From positions 4,093-68,092 of the forward strand of contig ATTF01000002.1 in assembly GCA_000419545.1 (NCBI GenBank): DNA of 64,000 nucleotides. Reading direction: 5' to 3'. Origin of the DNA: Candidatus Pelagibacter ubique HIMB058. Lineage in GTDB: Bacteria > Pseudomonadota > Alphaproteobacteria > Pelagibacterales > Pelagibacteraceae. A program made the translations under genes and the position numbers. How positions within the stretch are numbered: the stretch's first letter is position 1; each line of letters opens with the position of its first letter. The notes under the pieces were generated by a model that worked only from the letters and a program-made list of their open reading frames with translations, was not told where the DNA came from and made no database searches. This document shows, one piece after another, positions 58,585 to 64,000 of this stretch.

Positions 58585-58700
58585 AGAAAAGAAACAAAAT
58601 TGCAAAAGATTTGTTTACAAGTAAGTATAGAAAAAGAATTGTTAAGCCTAAAAAGGGAAAGGGTAGCTTTAAAAGGAAAAAAAATAATTTACCGATTTAG
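58581..58700 (+). CDS. Small basic protein (39 codons) with an ArfA-like KKGKGS[F]xRK motif; candidate alternative ribosome-rescue factor
   Basis: GTG 58581 overlaps the regulator stop (GTGA). The product is VKKRNKIAKDLFTSKYRKRIVKPKKGKGSFKRKKNNLPI. An ungapped alignment to E. coli ArfA residues [32 protein letters not shown] (recalled from memory) gives 14/32 identities by hand. The ORF is too short for the supplied ORF track. Confidence 0.5.
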   Translation: MKKRNKIAKDLFTSKYRKRIVKPKKGKGSFKRKKNNLPI

Positions 58701-59622
58701 TCTTGCGCCAATAATTTGAATTATTTTTGATGACATATCAGTTCCAATTTCTAAACTTTCTTTAATTGATTTTTTATTAATTAAGCCATGTAAAAAACCA
58801 CCAGCAAATAAATCTCCTGCACCAGTTAAATCTTTGATTTTAAGATTTTTTTTTTGCAGAACATTCTGCAACTTCATTATTGTTAATTGCTACAGCGCCT
58901 TTAACTCCACGAGTAATAACAAGTAATTTGTTTATTTTTTTTGCAAAATCAATTACATCTTCAAATCTTTTAACGTCAATTAATGACATTATCTCTTGTT
59001 CATTTGCAAAAGTAATATCTAATTTATTTTTTACTAGATCTAAGAAATGAGGTTTATGCCTCTCTACACAAAACAGATCTGATAGTGACATAGCAACTTT
59101 ATTTGAATGATTAATTGCTTTTTCAAAAGCTTTTTTAGGTTCGCCTTCATCCCAAAGATATCCCTCTAAAAATAAGATTTCACTATTTTTGACAGCATTT
59201 TCATCAATATCATTTTCATTAATTTTTCCTGCTGTTCCAAGAAAAGTCACCATAGTTCTCTCAGAGTCAGGCGTTATTAATATCAAACATGTTCCAGTTG
59301 GAATTATTTCTTTCTTCTTGGAATAAAAATAAATTACATTTTCTTTTTTTAAACCTTCTTCGTATTTATTGCCCAGATCATCATCACTTACTTTTCCTAT
59401 GAAACCTGCTTTGTTTCCAAGCTGCGAGAGACCAACTATTGAGTTTGCTACAGAGCCACCTGAAACAGTTTCTTCAATTTTAAGTGTAGATAAAAGCTTC
59501 TTAAATTCCGCCTCATCTACTAGTTTCATTGTGCTTTTTGTTAAGTTGTTTTGTGTAATAAAGTTGTCATCAACTTTACAAATCACATCCACAATCGCGT
59601 TACCTATTCCTAAAATTTTCAT
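58689..59622 (-). pseudogene. PfkB-family carbohydrate/nucleoside kinase (adenosine-kinase-like), interrupted by a +1 shift in an A10 run (plus-strand T run 58846-58855)
   Basis: The 5' ORF (59622-58840) carries MKILGIGNAIVDV...SGGSVANS. The 3' ORF (58877-58689) carries the PfkB signature DLTGAGDLFAGGFLHGL. Removing one A joins them as ...AECSAKKNLKIKDLTGAGD.... Confidence 0.8.
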
Positions 59623-59625
59623 CTA

Positions 59626-60279
59626 TTAAGCTTTTTTTGTTTTAAAGGGTTTTTTTCTATTGGGATAACAGCTTTTACAAATTTTACAAGTTATTCCATA
59701 ACAATCTCGTGCTTTACAATATTCCCTTCCATACCAAATTATTTGTAAATGAAGTTTGTTCCAATCTTTTTTAGGAAAAATTTCTTTTAAATCTTTTTCT
59801 GTTTGAACAACATTTTTTCCATTAGTTAGTCCCCATCTTTGTGCCAATCTATGGATATGGGTATCAACAGGAAATGCAGGAAAACCAAAACCCTGAGACA
59901 TTACCACACTGGCAGTTTTATGTCCCACACCAGGAAGCTCCTCTAATTCTTCATAAGTTCTAGGAACTTTGCCTTTAAATTTTTCAACTAACGTCCTTGA
60001 TAAATAAAAAATACTTTTTGCTTTAACTCTAAAAATTCCAATTCGTTTTATTAATTTTTCAATCTTCTTTCTTCCAAGTTTAACAAAGTGTTCAGGTTTA
60101 TAATATTTTGGATAAATATCTTTTGTAACATTATTTACATTTACATCTGTACATTGTGCGGAAAGCAAAACAGAAACAAGTAAAGTAAATGTATTTTTAT
60201 AATTTAAAGGTATGGGTATTTTAGGATAAGTTTTATTCAATATTTTTTGAATTACTTTAGCCTTTTCTTTATTATTCAC
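59626..60279 (-). CDS. nth: Endonuclease III
   Basis: HhH-GPD motif LPGVGHKTASVV, PVDTHIHRL, and the 4Fe-4S cluster CxxxxxxCxxCxxxxxC at the C-terminus. Confidence 0.9.
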   Translation of the reverse strand: MNNKEKAKVIQKILNKTYPKIPIPLNYKNTFTLLVSVLLSAQCTDVNVNNVTKDIYPKYYKPEHFVKLGRKKIEKLIKRIGIFRVKAKSIFYLSRTLVEKFKGKVPRTYEELEELPGVGHKTASVVMSQGFGFPAFPVDTHIHRLAQRWGLTNGKNVVQTEKDLKEIFPKKDWNKLHLQIIWYGREYCKARDCYGITCKICKSCYPNRKKPFKTKKA

Positions 60280-61052
60280 TTGAAGTTAAGCAAATCTCTC
60301 ATTGAATAAAGCCCAGCCTTTTTTTTCATTAACCATTTTGCAGCTGTTAATGCACCTTCAGAATAAAGAGCCCTATCAAAAGATTCATGATTTAATTTAA
60401 TGATTTCTTTTCCACTAGAAAAACTAACTTCATGTTCTCCAATTACCTCACCTTTTCTAATAGAATTAAAGTTTATTTTTTTTGAATATGGAAATTGTTT
60501 TTTATTAAGGAATTTTTTACCAATCATACTAGATAGATTTTTATTTTTGCCATCAGCAATTCCTTTTCCTAGCATTAACGCTGTTCCTGACGGATAATCA
60601 ATTTTATGTTTATGATGAACTTCGTAAACTTTACTTAAAAAACTATTATTTAAAGATTTAGAGGCAATTTCAGTTAAGTACATTAATAAATTCACACCTA
60701 AACTCATATTTCCTGCTTTAAGTATTGGAATTATTTTTGAAAATTTCTTAATTAAAATTTCTTCTCTTTTATTAAAACCAGTTGTTCCTATCACTACTCT
60801 TTTTTTTAACTTTGCAGCTAATTTAAGAACTTCTAAGGTACACTTTGGAACGGTGAAGTCTATTATAACGTCAGTTTTTTTAAATGATTCAATATCATTT
60901 AAACTAAGTTTAATTCCTGAAATTTTTTTATTTATAACTTTATTCTCGGTAAGAGAAACTAATTTAAATTCTTTTTTCTTATTAGAAGACTTAATTATTT
61001 GTTGGCCCATTCTTCCCATGCAGCCAGTAACTGATAAATTGATCTTTTTCAT
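60276..61052 (-). CDS. dapB: 4-hydroxy-tetrahydrodipicolinate reductase
   Basis: INLSVTGCMGRMGQ NAD-binding N-terminus and EVHHKHKIDYPSGTA. I set the start at ATG 61052; the ORF track opens at 61103. Confidence 0.88.
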   Translation of the reverse strand: MKKINLSVTGCMGRMGQQIIKSSNKKKEFKLVSLTENKVINKKISGIKLSLNDIESFKKTDVIIDFTVPKCTLEVLKLAAKLKKRVVIGTTGFNKREEILIKKFSKIIPILKAGNMSLGVNLLMYLTEIASKSLNNSFLSKVYEVHHKHKIDYPSGTALMLGKGIADGKNKNLSSMIGKKFLNKKQFPYSKKINFNSIRKGEVIGEHEVSFSSGKEIIKLNHESFDRALYSEGALTAAKWLMKKKAGLYSMRDLLNFK

Positions 61053-61219
61053 CTGCCTATTATGTAAATAATTACAATAATAACCAAAGTAATTATAGTC
61101 CAAATAGATAAATTCTTTAAAAAATCCTTTATTTTATTATTCGTAGATAAAAAGCCTGGCAATATTAAAACCAATACTGCAATTAAAAAAATTGCAGACA
61201 TTATCTGTTCAGTGTTCAT
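61049..61219 (-). CDS. Putative 56-aa two-TM membrane protein between dnaJ and dapB
   Basis: MNTEQIMSAIFLIAVLVLILPGFLSTNNKIKDFLKNLSIWTIITLVIIVIIYIIGR. The ATG lies 5 nt after the dnaJ stop, and its TGA overlaps the dapB ATG (ATGA). It is below the ORF-track cutoff and I recognise no homology. Confidence 0.35.
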   Translation of the reverse strand: MNTEQIMSAIFLIAVLVLILPGFLSTNNKIKDFLKNLSIWTIITLVIIVIIYIIGR

Positions 61220-61223
61220 TTAA

Positions 61224-62345
61224 TTACGAATTTTTCCAAAATTTCTTTGCTTTTTCAAAAAAGGTTTTTATTACAGGATCTGGCTTATTTCCTTCAATTG
61301 TATTGAACTCTTCAAGAATTTCCTTTTGTCTTTTAGAAAGCGAAGTGGGAACTTGTGTATTAATACGAATATAAAGATCCCCAAAAACGCTTCTTCTTAA
61401 AACAGGCATACCTTTCCCTCTAAGTCTAAATTGTTTTCCATGTTGAGTTCCAGCAGGTATCTTTATTTTTGATCTACCACCATCAATTGAAGGAACCTCT
61501 ACTGAAGTTCCTAACGCTGCATCAGCAAATGATATTGGTAACTCGTAGTATAAATTTTCTTCTGCTCTTTTAAAAATTTCATGATTATCTATCGAAACAA
61601 AAAGATATAAATCTCCACTTGCACCGCCTTTAGAGCCAGCTTCTCCCTTTCCTGATACTCGTATTCTTGTTCCATCATCAACACCTTTTGGAATTTTTAC
61701 GGTAACGTTTTCATTTGCTTGAACTTTTCCATTTCCACTACATTTATTACAAGGATCACCAATCATTTCACCGTAACCACTACATTGAGGACAAGTCTGT
61801 TGAACTGTGAAAAAGCCTTGATTAGTTCTTACTTTACCTCTTCCTGAGCAGTAATCACATCTAATTGGTTTTGAACCTTTAGCTGCTCCACTGCCTGAAC
61901 AAGATGAACATGATTTATAAGTTGTATATCTAACATTTTTTTCTATTCCTTTATAAGCTTCCTCTAAATTAATATTTACATCATATCTTAAGTCATTACC
62001 TCTATTGCTAGATCTTCTACTTGATCCTCCACCACCAAAATCACTAAAAAAGTCTTCGAATATATCTGAGAAAGATGATGTATCGAAACCACCAAAACCT
62101 TGACCACCTCCACCTGCACCTTCAAAAGCAGCGTGACCAAACTGATCGTAGTTTGTTTTTCTCTTTTCGTCTGAAAGAATATGATAAGCTTCACTTGCTT
62201 CCTTAAACTTTTCTTCTGAAGCTTTGTCTCCTTTGGTTTTGTCTGGGTGGTATTTTAGTGCGAGTTTTCGGTACGCTTTTTTGATATCGTCTTTAGATGC
62301 GGATCTTGGTACACCTAAGACATCATAACAATCTCTTTTAGCCAC
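61224..62345 (-). CDS. dnaJ: Molecular chaperone DnaJ
   Basis: J-domain DCYDVLGV...YHPD, G/F-rich linker, and four CxxCxGxG zinc-finger repeats. Confidence 0.95.
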   Translation of the reverse strand: MAKRDCYDVLGVPRSASKDDIKKAYRKLALKYHPDKTKGDKASEEKFKEASEAYHILSDEKRKTNYDQFGHAAFEGAGGGGQGFGGFDTSSFSDIFEDFFSDFGGGGSSRRSSNRGNDLRYDVNINLEEAYKGIEKNVRYTTYKSCSSCSGSGAAKGSKPIRCDYCSGRGKVRTNQGFFTVQQTCPQCSGYGEMIGDPCNKCSGNGKVQANENVTVKIPKGVDDGTRIRVSGKGEAGSKGGASGDLYLFVSIDNHEIFKRAEENLYYELPISFADAALGTSVEVPSIDGGRSKIKIPAGTQHGKQFRLRGKGMPVLRRSVFGDLYIRINTQVPTSLSKRQKEILEEFNTIEGNKPDPVIKTFFEKAKKFWKNS

Positions 62346-62365
62346 AGGACGTCTCCTTTATTTTC

Positions 62366-64000
62366 TTAGGCGCTTTTTTCTTTGTCTTCTTCTTTTACGT
62401 CTTCAAAATCTGCATCAACTACGTTGTCTTTATCTTTAGGATTAGCATCTTTTGGACCATCCGCTTTTCCAGCTTCTGGTTTTTGTTGGCTTTTATAAAC
62501 TGCCTCTCCTAATTTCATTGAAACTTGAATTAAACTTTGTGTTTTTTTCTTAATGTCTTCCGCATCAGTTCCCTCTAAAGATTTTTTGAGATCAGCAATA
62601 CCGTTTTCAATTGCTTTCTTCTCTTCAGCTGAGATTTTATCGCCGTGTTCTTTTAAACTTTTCTCTGTAGAAAAGACAAGACTGTCGGCTTGATTTCTAG
62701 CATCAACTGACTCTCTTTTTTTCTTATCAGCTTCTTTATTTGCTTCAGCGTCTTTAACCATTTTGTTTATCTCTTCTTCAGATAATCCACCTGAAGCTTG
62801 AATTTGAATTTTTTGTTCTTTACCGGTACCTTTATCTTTTGCAGAAACGTTAACTATTCCATTGGCGTCAATATCAAATGTAACTTCAATTTGAGGAGTT
62901 CCTCTTGGTGCTGGAGGTATTCCTACTAATTCAAAGTTACCTAATATTTTATTATCTGCAGCCATTTCTCTTTCACCTTGTAATACTCTAATTGATACTG
63001 CAGGCTGGTTATCTTCAGCAGTTGAAAAAACCTGACTTTTCTTAGTTGGGATAGTTGTATTTTTTTCAATTAATTTTGTAGATACTCCGCCTAGTGTTTC
63101 AATACCTAGAGATAGAGGCGTTACATCTAAAAGCAATACATCTTTTACATCACCTTGCAAAACACCACCCTGTATAGCTGCACCCATTGCAACTACCTCA
63201 TCAGGATTTACACTTTTGTTAGGTTCTTTTCCAAAAAAGTTTTTAACCGTTTCAATAATTTTTGGCATTCTTGTCATTCCACCTACAAGAACTACTTCGT
63301 TAATCTCAGCTGCAGAAAAACCAGAGTCTTTTAAAGCAGTCTTGCAAGGTTCTAATGTTCTATCAACTAAGCTTTGAACAAGGGCCTCTAATTTTGCTCT
63401 AGTAAATTTTAAATTTAAATGCTTAGGGCCAGTTTTATCTGCTGTAATAAATGGTAGATTGATTTCAGTTTGTGCTGCAGATGAAAGTTCAATTTTTGCC
63501 TTTTCAGCAGCTTCTTTTAATCTTTGAAGAGCAAGTTTATCGGTTTTTAAATCTATGCCATTATCTTTTTTAAATTCTGATGCAAGATATTCTACTATAG
63601 CATCATCAAAGTCTTCACCGCCTAAGAAAGTATCACCATTAGTTGATTTTACTTCAAATACACCGTCGCCTATTTCTAAAATTGAAATATCAAAAGTACC
63701 ACCACCTAAATCGTAAACAGCAATTTTCTTTCCACCTTTTTTGTCCAGACCATAGGCTAATGATGCTGCTGTTGGCTCGTTAATAATTCTTAAAACTTCA
63801 AGACCTGCGATTTTACCCGCGTCTTTAGTTGCTTGTCTTTGTGAGTCGTTAAAATAAGCAGGAACAGTAATTACAGCTTTTGTAACTGCTTGTCCCAAAT
63901 ATTTTTCTGCTGTTTCTTTCATTTTTTGTAAAACAAATGCAGAAATTTGAGCTGGTGAATATTTTTTACCTTTACCTTCTACCCACGCATCACCGTTATC
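62366..64000 (-). CDS. dnaK: Molecular chaperone DnaK (5' end lies beyond the window)
   Basis: [27 protein letters not shown] and [10 protein letters not shown] motifs. The frame stays open upstream of the track's Met to the window edge (...[27 protein letters not shown]). Confidence 0.95.
   Translation of the reverse strand, partial: DNGDAWVEGKGKKYSPAQISAFVLQKMKETAEKYLGQAVTKAVITVPAYFNDSQRQATKDAGKIAGLEVLRIINEPTAASLAYGLDKKGGKKIAVYDLGGGTFDISILEIGDGVFEVKSTNGDTFLGGEDFDDAIVEYLASEFKKDNGIDLKTDKLALQRLKEAAEKAKIELSSAAQTEINLPFITADKTGPKHLNLKFTRAKLEALVQSLVDRTLEPCKTALKDSGFSAAEINEVVLVGGMTRMPKIIETVKNFFGKEPNKSVNPDEVVAMGAAIQGGVLQGDVKDVLLLDVTPLSLGIETLGGVSTKLIEKNTTIPTKKSQVFSTAEDNQPAVSIRVLQGEREMAADNKILGNFELVGIPPAPRGTPQIEVTFDIDANGIVNVSAKDKGTGKEQKIQIQASGGLSEEEINKMVKDAEANKEADKKKRESVDARNQADSLVFSTEKSLKEHGDKISAEEKKAIENGIADLKKSLEGTDAEDIKKKTQSLIQVSMKLGEAVYKSQQKPEAGKADGPKDANPKDKDNVVDADFEDVKEEDKEKSA

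Noticed and set aside
1143-62194. About 35 further 60-90-aa ORFs in the track. Examples: 1143-1406, 1951-2208, 5654-5839, 9200-9415, 14900-15118, 16901-17089, 17167-17433, 21280-21492, 24318-24575, 25156-25362, 26076-26267, 28613-28819, 29010-29228, 30902-31111, 34641-34874, 35596-35817, 39448-39633, 40810-41040, 46208-46414, 48486-48692, 48574-48792, 51998-52234, 53588-53815, 55460-55666, 58173-58430, 59369-59629, 60400-60597, 60853-61071, 61192-61374 and 61988-62194.
   Set aside because: Each lies antisense to, or out of frame within, a confidently identified conserved gene. The translations are low-complexity with no recognisable motif.
1-64000. A search for defence systems, toxin-antitoxin pairs, CRISPR arrays, transposases, integrases, prophage genes and rRNA operons.
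   Set aside because: None found. Every ORF of 100 aa or more except one (17724-18353) matches a housekeeping family. I noticed no spaced direct repeats or terminal inverted repeats.

Overview
This is an AT-rich, very gene-dense chromosomal segment. My hand counts of 60-nt lines mostly give about 18-30% GC. Intergenic spacers are tiny or negative, proteins are rich in Lys, Asn and Ile, and the gene order is alphaproteobacterial. All of this fits a streamlined SAR11/Pelagibacterales-type genome, though I cannot name the taxon from sequence alone.

The content is almost entirely core housekeeping:
- cytochrome c maturation (ccmCDEFGH)
- heme synthesis (hemC/hemD and hemE/hemH/hemJ)
- folD, tsaD and acs, with acs next to a DUF4212 + sodium:solute symporter pair
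- rpe, purH, rho, hslUV and hisBHAFE
- ftsK, mnmE-mnmG-rsmG-parA-parB, holA-lptE-leuS
- a porin, nth, dapB, dnaJ and dnaK
- one tRNA-Gly(GCC)

The order rho-hemJ-hemH-hemE | 271-bp AT-rich spacer | DUF299-maf-aroE-coaE-dnaQ matches the conserved alphaproteobacterial origin neighbourhood. Two parS-like palindromes sit inside rsmG about 18 kb away. The window therefore probably spans oriC.

I found no mobile element, CRISPR array, prophage or recognisable defence or toxin system, and I do not claim a novel multi-gene system. The most interesting observations are:
1. An unlisted 39-codon ORF with an ArfA-like KKGKGS[YF]xRK motif, coupled to an OmpR-type regulator whose receiver domain seems to lack the phospho-acceptor aspartate.
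2. An acetyl-CoA synthetase with a roughly 55-residue, about 65% Lys/Arg N-terminal extension encoded by CTAGAAAA repeats.
3. Two otherwise intact genes (argG and a PfkB-family kinase) each broken by a +1 shift inside a poly(A) run.
4. A GC-rich transporter module and a GC-rich porin gene, each preceded by a perfect 18-bp palindrome.
5. Divergent gene pairs whose start codons overlap.

All coordinates were indexed by hand and all homology calls come from motif recognition, not from searches.
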